Source of the DNA: Escherichia coli
Lineage (GTDB): Bacteria > Pseudomonadota > Gammaproteobacteria > Enterobacterales > Enterobacteriaceae
Length of the DNA stretch: 64,000 nucleotides
Direction: 5' to 3' (one strand)
Assembly (NCBI RefSeq): GCF_003790525.1
Contig: NZ_CP033635.1
Part shown: in pieces, positions 31,343 to 41,647 of the stretch
Layout: each line of letters opens with the position of its first letter
Numbering within the stretch: position 1 is the stretch's first letter
The notes under the pieces: model-generated
The model's input: only the letters and a program-made list of their open reading frames with translations
Database searches by the model: none
Told to the model about the DNA's origin: nothing
Position numbers and translations under genes: made by a program

Positions 31343-32434
31343 ATGCGTTTTCTGCGCCGACCAATATCGCTGCGCCAACGGCTGATATTGACCATCGGGG
31401 CCATTTTGTTGGTGTTTGAGCTGATCAGCGTCTTCTGGCTATGGCATGAAAGTACCGAGCAGATTCAGCTGTTTGAGCAGGCGCTACGCGACAATCGCAA
31501 CAACGATCGCCACATCATGCGTGAGATCCGCGAGGCGGTCGCCAGCCTGATTGTCCCCGGCGTCTTTATGGTCAGCCTGACGCTATTTATCTGCTATCAG
31601 GCGGTACGCCGCATCACCCGCCCGCTGGCGGAGCTGCAAAAAGAGCTGGAAGCGCGCACCGCCGACAACTTAACGCCCATTGCCATTCACAGCGCCACCC
31701 TCGAAATCGAAGCGGTGGTTTCAGCGTTAAACGATCTGGTCAGTCGCCTGACCAGCACGCTGGATAACGAAAGGTTGTTTACCGCTGACGTCGCGCACGA
31801 ACTGCGAACGCCACTGGCGGGGGTGCGTTTGCATCTGGAACTGCTGGCGAAAACGCATCACATTGATGTAGCACCGTTAGTGGCTCGACTTGATCAGATG
31901 ATGGAGAGTGTCTCCCAGCTGCTGCAACTGGCGCGTGCCGGACAGTCATTTTCTTCCGGGAATTATCAACATGTAAAACTGCTGGAAGATGTCATTCTCC
32001 CCTCGTATGACGAACTCAGTACCATGCTCGACCAGCGACAGCAAACCCTGCTATTGCCAGAGAGCGCCGCCGACATCACCGTTCAGGGTGATGCAACCCT
32101 GCTGCGGATGTTATTGCGAAACCTGGTAGAAAACGCCCATCGTTACAGCCCGCAAGGCAGCAACATTATGATTAAGCTGCAAGAAGATGGCGGAGCAGTC
32201 ATGGCCGTTGAAGATGAAGGACCGGGTATTGATGAGAGTAAATGCGGGGAGTTGAGTAAAGCGTTTGTACGTATGGACAGCCGTTATGGCGGGATTGGTC
32301 TGGGGTTAAGTATTGTCAGCCGCATTACACAGTTGCATCACGGGCAGTTTTTCCTGCAAAACCGGCAAGAGACTTCCGGCACGCGGGCCTGGGTACGGCT
32401 GAAGAAAGATCAGTACGTGGTAAACCAGATATAA
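31343..32434 (+). CDS. basS: Sensor histidine kinase BasS (PmrB)
   Basis: 363 aa from MRFLRRPISLRQRL…; transmembrane, HAMP, HisKA and HATPase domains. Confidence 0.93.
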   Translation: MRFLRRPISLRQRLILTIGAILLVFELISVFWLWHESTEQIQLFEQALRDNRNNDRHIMREIREAVASLIVPGVFMVSLTLFICYQAVRRITRPLAELQKELEARTADNLTPIAIHSATLEIEAVVSALNDLVSRLTSTLDNERLFTADVAHELRTPLAGVRLHLELLAKTHHIDVAPLVARLDQMMESVSQLLQLARAGQSFSSGNYQHVKLLEDVILPSYDELSTMLDQRQQTLLLPESAADITVQGDATLLRMLLRNLVENAHRYSPQGSNIMIKLQEDGGAVMAVEDEGPGIDESKCGELSKAFVRMDSRYGGIGLGLSIVSRITQLHHGQFFLQNRQETSGTRAWVRLKKDQYVVNQI

Positions 32435-32499
32435 AGAAAGCTGCTGACCACCAGCACGCTGAACACGGTAGTTAAACTTTCATAAACACGGTTTTTCAT
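32410..32499 (-). CDS. pmrR: 29-aa membrane peptide PmrR, convergent with and overlapping the basS 3' end
   Basis: Below the ORF-track cut-off; the reverse complement reads MKNRVYESLTTVFSVLVVSSFLYIWFTTY*; its last 25 nt overlap the basS coding end. Confidence 0.7.
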   Translation of the reverse strand: MKNRVYESLTTVFSVLVVSSFLYIWFTTY

Positions 32500-32569
32500 T
32501 GCACTCTCCTCCGTTAACCTGGAGGAGAGTATGCGCGTCAGAGATTAAGTGAACCTTAAGAGTTCAATT

Positions 32570-32598
32570 GGCCTGATAAGACAGCGTCACATCAGGCC
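32570..32598. repeat. REP-like palindrome downstream of proP (probable terminator hairpin)
   Basis: ggcctgataag…cacatcaggcc palindrome. Confidence 0.55.
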
Positions 32599-32610
32599 AT
32601 CCGTTTCAGC

Positions 32611-34113
32611 TTATTCATCAATTCGCGGATGTTGCTGCACCAGGCGGGTACGTTTCGCCTGCAAATCGGCAATCTCGTGGTCAATATCATCGATTTTCTG
32701 CTCGATATTATCGTAATGCTCGACGAGAATTTCCTTCGCTTCCTGTATATCTGACGCCGCCGGTGTCGCACCTTTCAACGGACGATTTGCCGTCTCTTTC
32801 ATGGTTACGCCGGTGATTAAACCAACCACCGCCACTACCATCAGGTAATAGGCAGGCATCATCAGATTCTGCGAGCTTTCGACCAGCCAGGCCGCCAGTG
32901 TTGGCGTCAGACCGGCAACCAGCACCGAAATATTAAATGCCGCCGCCAGCGCGCTGTAACGGATATGCGTCGGGAACATCGCTGGCAAGGTAGAAGCCAT
33001 AACGCCCGTAAAGCAGTTAAGGATCACCGCCAGCATCAGTAACCCGGCAAAAATCAGGCCGATGACGTTACTGTTAATCAGAATAAACGCCGGGATCGCC
33101 AACACAAACAGTGCAACACTACCAAGTAGCACAAACGGACGACGGCCAAAACGGTCACTCAGCAAGCCCATCACCGGCTGGACAAACAGCATACCGATCA
33201 TAATGGCGATAATAATCAGCACCCCGTGGTCTTCGGAGTAATGCAGGTTATGCGACAAATAACTCGGCATATAGGTCAGCAACATGTAGTAAGTCACGTT
33301 GGTGGCAATTACCAGACCAATACATGTCAACAGGCTGCGCCAGTATTTAGTGGCAATCTCTTTAAACGAGACTTTCGGGCCATCCTGCAAACCTTCGCGG
33401 TCGCCCTGTTCCAGTTTATCAACATGCTGCTGGAACGCCGGAGTCTCTTCCAGCGCATGGCGCAGGTAAAGCCCGATAATCCCTAACGGCAGAGCGATAA
33501 AGAACGGAATACGCCAGCCCCAGTCGAGGAAGTTCTCTTCGCCGACAATGGTCGAAATTAACACCACCACGCCAGCACCCAGCACAAACCCGGCAATAGA
33601 ACCGAAGTCCAGCCAGCTGCCCATAAATCCACGTTTACGGTCAGGGGAGTATTCCGCAACAAATATCGACGCCCCGGTATATTCACCGCCGACCGAGAAA
33701 CCTTGTGCCATCTTACAGATCAACAGCAGAATCGGTGCCCAAATACCAATCGTGTCGTAGGACGGTATTAAGCCAATACAGAACGTACTGATCGACATAA
33801 TCACAATAGTGATAGCGAGGATCTTCTGGCGACCATATTTATCGCCCAACATACCAAAGAAGAGCCCGCCAAGCGGTCGAATCAGAAAGGGAACGGAGAA
33901 AGTGGCAAGTGCAGCAACCATCTGCACGCTGGGGTCAGCCCCCGGGAAAAAAACTTTACCTAATGCGTAAGCAACAAAACCATAAACACCAAAATCGAAC
34001 CATTCCATTGCATTACCCAGTGATGCTGCGGTAATGGCTTTACGCAGTTTACCGTCATCAATAATAGTGACATCACGAAGGGTAATCGGTTTTACTTTTT
34101 TCCTTTTCAGCAT
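32611..34113 (-). CDS. proP: Proline/glycine betaine:H+ symporter (osmosensing MFS)
   Basis: 500 aa from MLKRKKVKPITLRD…; 12 transmembrane segments plus C-terminal coiled-coil tail. Confidence 0.95.
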   Translation of the reverse strand: MLKRKKVKPITLRDVTIIDDGKLRKAITAASLGNAMEWFDFGVYGFVAYALGKVFFPGADPSVQMVAALATFSVPFLIRPLGGLFFGMLGDKYGRQKILAITIVIMSISTFCIGLIPSYDTIGIWAPILLLICKMAQGFSVGGEYTGASIFVAEYSPDRKRGFMGSWLDFGSIAGFVLGAGVVVLISTIVGEENFLDWGWRIPFFIALPLGIIGLYLRHALEETPAFQQHVDKLEQGDREGLQDGPKVSFKEIATKYWRSLLTCIGLVIATNVTYYMLLTYMPSYLSHNLHYSEDHGVLIIIAIMIGMLFVQPVMGLLSDRFGRRPFVLLGSVALFVLAIPAFILINSNVIGLIFAGLLMLAVILNCFTGVMASTLPAMFPTHIRYSALAAAFNISVLVAGLTPTLAAWLVESSQNLMMPAYYLMVVAVVGLITGVTMKETANRPLKGATPAASDIQEAKEILVEHYDNIEQKIDDIDHEIADLQAKRTRLVQQHPRIDE

Positions 34114-34376
34114 AGCTTTCCTCGCAGAGTTGGCCCATTTCCGCAAACGCCAGAAAAATCAGCGCGACGGCCGCAAAAGGGGAGCGGGAATTGCAGGATG
34201 CAATCTCTGTAACAAGCGTAGCGGGTTTGCTTACACCCTCCGGTTAAGGAATGTACAATCAAACCAGTTGACGCCTGAATTGGGCAGTTAATGACCTTTT
34301 TACCCTACCAGTGTTTAAATTTGTGATCAACTTCACACATGTATTTCGTTTAGGACTCATTGGTGTAACTGATTAT

Positions 34377-35255
34377 TTACACCAAATTTACAGAGAAGAT
34401 TTCCTCGACCATTGCCCCCGCCAGACGCTGCGCTGAACAGAGTCGTGGCATCCCCAGCGCGACAGTTTGCCAGCGTTGGGTCACTGACCAGCAAACGGGT
34501 TGTTTATCTGCCGTGGTCCACTTTCCCAGCCAACTTAAAAAATCAGCATGATCCCCGCCCGTCGAAACGGTCGAAGAGGCAAACCACTGATGGTAATAGT
34601 GACGCGTGGTCGGGGCCGCATTGATACTCTCTGCCAGATGTTGTGTCGCTTTCACGCGCAAATCACCCAGCAACAACGCCACCGCTTGCGGGCTTCCCAG
34701 ACGGCAGGCATCGCCAAATGCCCCCCAGCGCAACTCCTCCAGAACGATAAAACAGCGCCCAGGCAACGACCAGGCGTTATACGCCCCAGCACGCCAGCGG
34801 GTAAAAATTTGCTCGCTCTGTTCACCCGCCTGCACCAGTAGGCCTCGTTGCGTTAACGCCTTTTCCTTCCAGCGACAACGGGCTGAAAACCACTCATACA
34901 AGGCGGCAATTTGCTGGGGGAGCTCAGGGAAAGCAGAGTGCTGGCGGTGATCCATTTTTTGCAGCAGCGCCAGATGTTGCGCGATCTGCGTCAGCGCCAG
35001 ATGACCGGGATCCAGCATCGACGCCAGTTTTTCCACCAATGTCAGACGCAGGCTAAGCGGCGCATTTAACATCCCGCTGTTCGTCCATGCCTGAAGCTGC
35101 ACACGCGCAAGAAGTTCCTGCATCAGTCGTTCACGAAACTGCTGCTGATGGGCTTGTGGATGGCGGGCATCATCGCCCTGCGCCAGATCCACTAAAAAGC
35201 GCGGATGAACCGACTCCAGCACGCGACCGGGGCCGTCCAGTAACGTCTTGGTCAA
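34377..35255 (-). CDS. yjcZ: YjcZ, partner protein of dynamin-like CrfC
   Basis: 292-aa ORF; 4-bp overlap with upstream crfC. Confidence 0.85.
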   Translation of the reverse strand: MTKTLLDGPGRVLESVHPRFLVDLAQGDDARHPQAHQQQFRERLMQELLARVQLQAWTNSGMLNAPLSLRLTLVEKLASMLDPGHLALTQIAQHLALLQKMDHRQHSAFPELPQQIAALYEWFSARCRWKEKALTQRGLLVQAGEQSEQIFTRWRAGAYNAWSLPGRCFIVLEELRWGAFGDACRLGSPQAVALLLGDLRVKATQHLAESINAAPTTRHYYHQWFASSTVSTGGDHADFLSWLGKWTTADKQPVCWSVTQRWQTVALGMPRLCSAQRLAGAMVEEIFSVNLV

Positions 35256-37480
35256 TATCGTTCTGCCGTGAAAAGTGTTTGAATATCATCGCGTAACAGC
35301 TGAGCGTCGGTGTAAATCCAGCTGTGAGTCATCACAGCCTGCTGCAATTGCTGCTGCATCAGCCTGACCACCGATTCATTTTGTTGACGCAGAGCCAGGC
35401 TTTCGCGTAAACGCGTCTGTAATTCCGTCAAACATGAAGCGAACTCAGCGAAAAAAGTATTCATGCCTGCCGTAACAGATTCATCGACCTGCTCTGCCAG
35501 AACTTTAGCCATTTGTTGGCAATAAAGATCGACTTCTGCGCTTAATGCTCGTTGCAACACACTGTAATCAACCGTCTCTGTCGGGGATTTCTCATTTCCC
35601 CGTCCCCAGTCGGGCTGATTCAACCAGCGCGAAAAAGTCTCACGCACAACGCCTAAACGCGTGCTCTGCTCGTCCATTGCGTCCTGGCGCGAAATGACTT
35701 CACTGAACAGCTGGCGAGTGTTGAAGTGGGGAACTGCGCTGTGAAAAACAGGAAAATGAAACCCAGGACGAAACCCTGACTCGCTCAATTCCATTTTGAC
35801 TTGTTGCTCAATGGGCCGAATAACATCGGTTAACACCCGGCAAAGGGTGGATTCAAGCTCGGCAAAACGCAGCGTAAAGTCGCGACTGATGGTGTTCTGC
35901 GCCGTCTGTAACAGTGTCTCACAGCAGGTACGAATCTCGCTTAATGACCCCGAATCATCCTGAAACAACGCGGCTAACTGGGCATTCACCGCATCTTGCT
36001 GTTGACGCAGAAAGAGGTTGGCGGAGGTCAGGGCCAGCTCGATTTCATGTTTAATCTCGCCGCTCACCTGAGCCTGATTGAGTTGAAATAGCTGCAAACT
36101 TTCTTCGATCTGGTGGATATTTTGCCGCAATTGTTCACAAGCGACGTTTAACCCGTGCGCACGAAAATCCAGGTATTCCCGCGCCTGCTGCGCGTAATTC
36201 AACAGTTTATGCGCGGCAGATCGCAGAGCATACAACGAGGCGTTAGCGTAAGCGGCATGAAGCAACGCCTGAATTGGCTTGGCGAACAGCGAATCTTCCC
36301 ACAACTGATCGGCAGCATGACGAATATGTTCGAGGTTCGCCAGGTCGGCATGACGCCAGCGCCTGCCGAGCGCGGCATGGGCAAAATCTTCCACCCAGCG
36401 TTGTTGCTCTGGCGCGGGTAACTTACCGCTGTTGGCTAACTCATTACGCGCCCGATTCGCCAGGTAGCCCCACATCGACGACACTGGAAATATCTGCTGT
36501 GGCGTAATACAGCCTTTCATCAGCGTCCCGGAAATCAGTGCCCGCACCTGGTCGGCGTCGTCACTGTTACGATCCTGTTGATCGAACTTATTGACCAGCA
36601 CATACAACGGCACCGATTGCCCCACCGCCAAAATCGCCTCACGGACCTCTTCATCGGAGATCGATTTCAGTTGCGTATAATCCAGCACCGCCAGTACCGC
36701 CGAGGCGCGTGCCAGCTGCTGGTTAAGCATTTTTTGCAGATGCGGTTGCCCGGCTTCATTTGGCCCGGGGGTATCCAGTAACGTCAATTGGCCGGGATAA
36801 CTCTCCAGCCCCGCCAGATGGACAAACTCCACTTCAATCACGGGAATATGCTCAATGGCGGCGTAAGCAGAAAAAGGAAAATCGACGTCCAGCGCCTTCG
36901 CCAGTCGCACCAAATCATTCAAACTTTTCAGACAATGAAAAATAGGCTGGGCACCCAGATAATATTTTTCGAAAGCGACGCCATTTTCGATCCGCTGCAT
37001 AAGCGCACGCATATCTTTATCTATTTCCAGCACATCGGTCAGATGCTTAATATCGCAATCACGCAGGCGCTGTTGTAATTTTTGAATTAAACAATCGATT
37101 GGCGCGACATGTGAAAAATGCAGTACCGGTTCTTTTTGCCCGGGCGTATGGCGAATAAGCGTCGGCAGCGCAGTCATTGGGCGATTGCGATTAGGCAGAA
37201 CCTCCGTACCAACAATGGCATTAATGGTGGTTGATTTCCCTGCTTTCATGGTACCGACAATCGCCAGCACCATTTCCAGTCGGGAAATTTTACGCAACTC
37301 ATTATTCAGCATCGCGTGACGTTCGGCGATATTAGGCTGACTCCAGGGTAAAGCCAGTTGTGGCGCATCGTCTCCGGGTACAGAGAGAGGCATTTTTTCC
37401 AGTAACTGCAACTGTTGGCGAGAAAGCTGTAACAGGCGTTCAGCCTCCTGACTTAACTCATACAGGGTCTGTGTGTACAT
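35252..37480 (-). CDS. crfC: Dynamin-like large GTPase (clamp-binding sister replication fork colocalization protein)
   Basis: 742 aa; P-loop GTIKAGKST and dynamin-type G domain near the N-terminus. Confidence 0.88.
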   Translation of the reverse strand: MYTQTLYELSQEAERLLQLSRQQLQLLEKMPLSVPGDDAPQLALPWSQPNIAERHAMLNNELRKISRLEMVLAIVGTMKAGKSTTINAIVGTEVLPNRNRPMTALPTLIRHTPGQKEPVLHFSHVAPIDCLIQKLQQRLRDCDIKHLTDVLEIDKDMRALMQRIENGVAFEKYYLGAQPIFHCLKSLNDLVRLAKALDVDFPFSAYAAIEHIPVIEVEFVHLAGLESYPGQLTLLDTPGPNEAGQPHLQKMLNQQLARASAVLAVLDYTQLKSISDEEVREAILAVGQSVPLYVLVNKFDQQDRNSDDADQVRALISGTLMKGCITPQQIFPVSSMWGYLANRARNELANSGKLPAPEQQRWVEDFAHAALGRRWRHADLANLEHIRHAADQLWEDSLFAKPIQALLHAAYANASLYALRSAAHKLLNYAQQAREYLDFRAHGLNVACEQLRQNIHQIEESLQLFQLNQAQVSGEIKHEIELALTSANLFLRQQQDAVNAQLAALFQDDSGSLSEIRTCCETLLQTAQNTISRDFTLRFAELESTLCRVLTDVIRPIEQQVKMELSESGFRPGFHFPVFHSAVPHFNTRQLFSEVISRQDAMDEQSTRLGVVRETFSRWLNQPDWGRGNEKSPTETVDYSVLQRALSAEVDLYCQQMAKVLAEQVDESVTAGMNTFFAEFASCLTELQTRLRESLALRQQNESVVRLMQQQLQQAVMTHSWIYTDAQLLRDDIQTLFTAERY

Positions 37481-37882
37481 AGAAAATTCTTCCTTAAAGC
37501 AAATTTTATTACTTTTATTTAGCCAGATTGCTTTTGAGTTCTGTTTTCGGCTTTTATAATTACTGCAAGAAATAATTTTATATTTAGAGTGTTATTTTTT
37601 ATTAGAATAAATAACGTCTTCCGATACGTTTAAAACGTCAGAAAGATAAAAAATATCATTTGAATTAAAAAAAGAACAAGTAGAGCATTAACCTTATCTT
37701 AAATAATAAATGGAGGCAAAAAGATTATTTTCTTTTTGCGTTTCCTTTCAAATGAAAACGATCGTCGTCTAAAATCAGCAGTACCCCCGACAAACTCAGG
37801 GATTTTGTGTATAATTGCGGCCTTTTTCGGCAATCTGCCGTTTTTTGGCGCTTTTGCCCTGCTGACTTTTGAGGAAATCCAC

Positions 37883-38218
37883 ATGTCATTACCACACTGC
37901 CCAAAATGCAACTCCGAATACACCTACGAAGATAACGGCATGTACATCTGCCCGGAATGTGCCTACGAATGGAACGACGCAGAACCTGCACAGGAAAGCG
38001 ACGAGCTGATCGTTAAAGATGCTAACGGCAATCTGCTGGCTGACGGCGACAGCGTTACCATCATTAAAGATCTGAAGGTGAAAGGTAGCTCTTCGATGCT
38101 GAAAATTGGCACCAAAGTGAAAAACATCCGCCTGGTTGAAGGCGACCATAACATCGATTGCAAAATCGACGGTTTTGGTCCGATGAAACTGAAATCTGAG
38201 TTTGTGAAAAAGAACTGA
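37883..38218 (+). CDS. phnA: Zinc-ribbon protein PhnA (YjdM)
   Basis: 111 aa from [30 protein letters not shown]…; two CxxC pairs. Confidence 0.92.
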
Positions 38219-38237
38219 TTGTATTGTGATCGGTAAG

Positions 38238-38312
38238 CCGGATAAGGCGCTCGCGCCGCATCCGGCAACGATGCCGACTGCCTGATGCGACGCTGACCGC
38301 GTCTTATCAGGC
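38238..38312. repeat. BIME: two REP elements in inverted orientation
   Basis: gccggataaggcgctcgcgccgcatccggca and gcctgatgcgacgctgaccgcgtcttatcaggc. Confidence 0.8.
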
Positions 38313-38377
38313 TTCCCTCTCATCTGTATAAATTTCGAACTACACTTAACTGGCTTCTCTTAACTGAGGTCACCATC

Positions 38378-38821
38378 ATGCCGTTAAGTCCCTACCTCTC
38401 TTTTGCCGGTAACTGTGCCGACGCAATTGCTTATTATCAACGTACGTTGGGCGCTGAACTGCTCTATAAAATCAGCTTCGGCGAAATGCCAAAATCAGCG
38501 CAGGATAGCGCCGAGAACTGCCCTTCCGGAATGCAATTTCCCGATACCGCCATCGCTCATGCCAACGTGCGCATTGCAGGAAGCGACATCATGATGAGCG
38601 ATGCTATACCGTCAGGAAAAGCCAGCTACTCCGGCTTTACGCTGGTGCTCGATTCGCAACAGGTCGAAGAAGGAAAACGCTGGTTTGACAACCTTGCCGC
38701 TAACGGAAAAATCGAAATGGCCTGGCAGGAAACTTTCTGGGCGCATGGCTTCGGCAAAGTCACCGATAAATTTGGCGTACCGTGGATGATTAATGTCGTC
38801 AAACAACAACCAACGCACTAA
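38378..38821 (+). CDS. yjdN: Glyoxalase/bleomycin-resistance-fold protein YjdN (PhnB)
   Basis: 147-aa ORF matching E. coli YjdN/PhnB. Confidence 0.9.
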   Translation: MPLSPYLSFAGNCADAIAYYQRTLGAELLYKISFGEMPKSAQDSAENCPSGMQFPDTAIAHANVRIAGSDIMMSDAIPSGKASYSGFTLVLDSQQVEEGKRWFDNLAANGKIEMAWQETFWAHGFGKVTDKFGVPWMINVVKQQPTH

Positions 38822-38849
38822 CCCGCCGGGAGGGCCGCCCTCCCGCACT

Positions 38850-38925
38850 GTCATCGAAATCTCGTTAACTCTTCATCCGTTAGTCACTTTTAGTTAACAA
38901 AATCGTCACAATAATCCGCCACGAT
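38850..38925 (+). promoter_or_regulatory. phnC promoter region with probable PhoB boxes
   Basis: Repeated TTAGTCAC / TCGTCAC heptamers with about 11-bp periodicity upstream of phnC; exact box limits not resolved. Confidence 0.35.
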
Positions 38926-38953
38926 GGAGCCACTTTTTTAGGGAGGCTGCATC

Positions 38954-39742
38954 ATGCAAACGATTATCCGTGTCGAGAAGCTCGCCAAAACCTTCAATCA
39001 GCATCAGGCGCTGCATGCGGTTGATCTGAACATTCATCACGGTGAAATGGTGGCTCTGCTTGGGCCGTCGGGTTCCGGCAAATCCACCCTTTTACGTCAC
39101 TTAAGCGGTTTGATTACCGGCGATAAATCTGCCGGTAGCCATATCGAGCTGCTGGGCCGCACAGTCCAGCGCGAAGGCCGCCTGGCCCGCGATATCCGCA
39201 AAAGCCGCGCCAACACCGGCTACATCTTCCAACAATTCAACCTGGTGAATCGCCTGAGCGTACTGGAGAACGTGCTGATTGGCGCGCTCGGCAGCACGCC
39301 GTTCTGGCGCACCTGTTTTAGCTGGTTCACCCGCGAGCAGAAACAGCGCGCGTTACAGGCGCTGACCCGCGTTGGCATGGTGCATTTTGCCCATCAGCGC
39401 GTTTCCACCCTCTCCGGCGGCCAGCAGCAGCGTGTGGCGATTGCCCGCGCGCTGATGCAGCAGGCGAAGGTGATTCTGGCCGATGAACCCATCGCCTCGC
39501 TGGACCCGGAATCGGCGCGCATCGTGATGGACACCCTGCGCGACATTAACCAGAACGACGGCATTACCGTGGTCGTCACGCTGCATCAGGTGGATTACGC
39601 CCTGCGCTACTGCGAACGCATCGTCGCCCTGCGCCAGGGGCACGTCTTCTACGACGGCAGCAGCCAACAGTTTGATAACGAACGTTTTGACCATCTCTAC
39701 CGCAGCATTAACCGCGTCGAAGAGAACGCGAAAGCTGCCTGA
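38954..39742 (+). CDS. phnC: Phosphonate ABC transporter ATP-binding protein
   Basis: 262 aa; Walker [10 protein letters not shown] and ABC signature LSGGQQQR. Confidence 0.95.
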   Translation: MQTIIRVEKLAKTFNQHQALHAVDLNIHHGEMVALLGPSGSGKSTLLRHLSGLITGDKSAGSHIELLGRTVQREGRLARDIRKSRANTGYIFQQFNLVNRLSVLENVLIGALGSTPFWRTCFSWFTREQKQRALQALTRVGMVHFAHQRVSTLSGGQQQRVAIARALMQQAKVILADEPIASLDPESARIVMDTLRDINQNDGITVVVTLHQVDYALRYCERIVALRQGHVFYDGSSQQFDNERFDHLYRSINRVEENAKAA

Positions 39743-39766
39743 CATCCCCATCATTGAGGAAAACGA

Positions 39767-40783
39767 ATGAACGCTAAGATAATTGCCTCGCTGGCCTTCA
39801 CCAGCATGTTCAGCCTCAGCACCCTGTTAAGCCCGGCGCACGCCGAAGAGCAGGAAAAGGCGCTGAATTTCGGCATTATTTCAACGGAATCACAGCAAAA
39901 CCTGAAACCGCAATGGACGCCGTTCTTACAGGATATGGAGAAGAAGCTGGGCGTAAAGGTCAACGCCTTCTTTGCCCCGGACTACGCGGGCATTATCCAG
40001 GGGATGCGCTTCAATAAAGTGGATATCGCCTGGTACGGCAACCTGTCGGCGATGGAAGCGGTGGATCGCGCCAACGGTCAGGTCTTCGCCCAGACAGTCG
40101 CGGCGGATGGATCGCCAGGTTACTGGAGCGTGTTGATCGTCAACAAAGACAGCCCGATCAACAACCTGAACGATCTGCTGGCGAAGCGTAAAGATCTCAC
40201 CTTTGGCAATGGCGATCCTAACTCCACCTCTGGCTTCCTCGTCCCCGGTTACTACGTCTTTGCCAAAAACAATATCTCCGCCAGCGACTTCAAGCGCACC
40301 GTCAACGCCGGGCATGAAACCAATGCGCTGGCCGTCGCCAACAAGCAAGTGGATGTGGCGACCAACAATACCGAAAACCTCGACAAGCTGAAAACCTCCG
40401 CACCAGAGAAGCTCAAAGAACTGAAGGTGATCTGGAAATCGCCGCTGATCCCAGGCGATCCGATCGTCTGGCGCAAAAATCTTTCCGAAACTACCAAAGA
40501 CAAGATCTACGACTTCTTTATGAATTACGGCAAGACGCCGGAAGAGAAAGCGGTGCTGGAACGCCTGGGCTGGGCCCCGTTCCGCGCCTCCAGCGACCTG
40601 CAACTGGTGCCGATTCGCCAGCTCGCACTGTTTAAAGAGATGCAGGGCGTGAAAAGCAATAAAGGGCTGAATGAGCAGGACAAGCTGGCGAAAACCACCG
40701 CGATTCAGGCGCAGCTGGATGACCTGGACCGCCTGAACAACGCGTTAAGCGCGATGAGTTCGGTAAGTAAAGCGGTGCAGTAA
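39767..40783 (+). CDS. phnD: Phosphonate ABC transporter periplasmic binding protein
   Basis: 338 aa with N-terminal signal peptide. Confidence 0.95.
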   Translation: MNAKIIASLAFTSMFSLSTLLSPAHAEEQEKALNFGIISTESQQNLKPQWTPFLQDMEKKLGVKVNAFFAPDYAGIIQGMRFNKVDIAWYGNLSAMEAVDRANGQVFAQTVAADGSPGYWSVLIVNKDSPINNLNDLLAKRKDLTFGNGDPNSTSGFLVPGYYVFAKNNISASDFKRTVNAGHETNALAVANKQVDVATNNTENLDKLKTSAPEKLKELKVIWKSPLIPGDPIVWRKNLSETTKDKIYDFFMNYGKTPEEKAVLERLGWAPFRASSDLQLVPIRQLALFKEMQGVKSNKGLNEQDKLAKTTAIQAQLDDLDRLNNALSAMSSVSKAVQ

Positions 40784-40847
40784 TGGTTTTCTCCCTCTCC
40801 CCGAAGGGGCGAGGGAACCGATCGAGCACACAATCACGGAGCCAAAC

Positions 40848-41627
40848 ATGCAAACCATCACCATCGCCCCACCCAAGCGCAGCTGGTTCTCGCTTCTGAG
40901 CTGGGCCATTGTTCTCGCCGTGTTGGTCGTCTCGTGGCAGGGCGCGGAAATGGCCCCGCTTACGCTGATCAAAGACGGCGGCAACATGGCGACGTTCGCT
41001 GCCGACTTCTTCCCGCCCGATTTCAGCCAGTGGCAGGATTACCTCACCGAAATGGCCGTCACGCTGCAAATCGCCGTCTGGGGCACCGCGCTGGCGGTGG
41101 TTCTCTCCATCCCCTTCGGTCTGATGAGCGCCGAAAACCTGGTGCCGTGGTGGGTTTACCAGCCCGTACGCCGCCTGATGGACGCCTGCCGCGCCATTAA
41201 CGAAATGGTCTTCGCCATGCTGTTCGTGGTCGCCGTCGGCCTTGGCCCGTTCGCTGGCGTGCTGGCGCTGTTTATCCACACCACCGGCGTGCTCTCCAAG
41301 CTGCTTTCCGAAGCGGTAGAAGCGATCGAACCCGGCCCGGTGGAGGGCATTCGCGCCACCGGTGCCAACAAGCTGGAAGAGATCCTCTACGGCGTGCTGC
41401 CACAGGTGATGCCGCTGCTGATCTCCTACTCCCTCTATCGTTTCGAATCCAACGTCCGCTCGGCGACCGTCGTCGGCATGGTCGGTGCAGGCGGGATCGG
41501 CGTCACCCTGTGGGAAGCGATTCGCGGTTTCCAGTTCCAGCAAACCTGCGCCCTGATGGTGCTGATTATCGTCACGGTCAGCCTGCTGGATTTCCTCTCT
41601 CAACGGTTGCGTAAGCACTTTATCTGA
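40848..41627 (+). CDS. phnE: Phosphonate ABC transporter permease (intact)
   Basis: 259-aa uninterrupted ORF; the K-12 allele carries a frameshifting 8-bp duplication. Confidence 0.92.
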   Translation: MQTITIAPPKRSWFSLLSWAIVLAVLVVSWQGAEMAPLTLIKDGGNMATFAADFFPPDFSQWQDYLTEMAVTLQIAVWGTALAVVLSIPFGLMSAENLVPWWVYQPVRRLMDACRAINEMVFAMLFVVAVGLGPFAGVLALFIHTTGVLSKLLSEAVEAIEPGPVEGIRATGANKLEEILYGVLPQVMPLLISYSLYRFESNVRSATVVGMVGAGGIGVTLWEAIRGFQFQQTCALMVLIIVTVSLLDFLSQRLRKHFI

Positions 41628-41647
41628 TAAGCGAGGCATTGATATCT

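Noticed and set aside
40632-41639. 335-aa minus-strand ORF spanning phnD/phnE, and similar long antisense ORFs across phnI–phnM (for example 44536..45306, 46675..47346, 47473..47958)
   Set aside because: The GC-rich phn operon generates long stop-free antisense frames; each lies wholly inside recognised phn genes.
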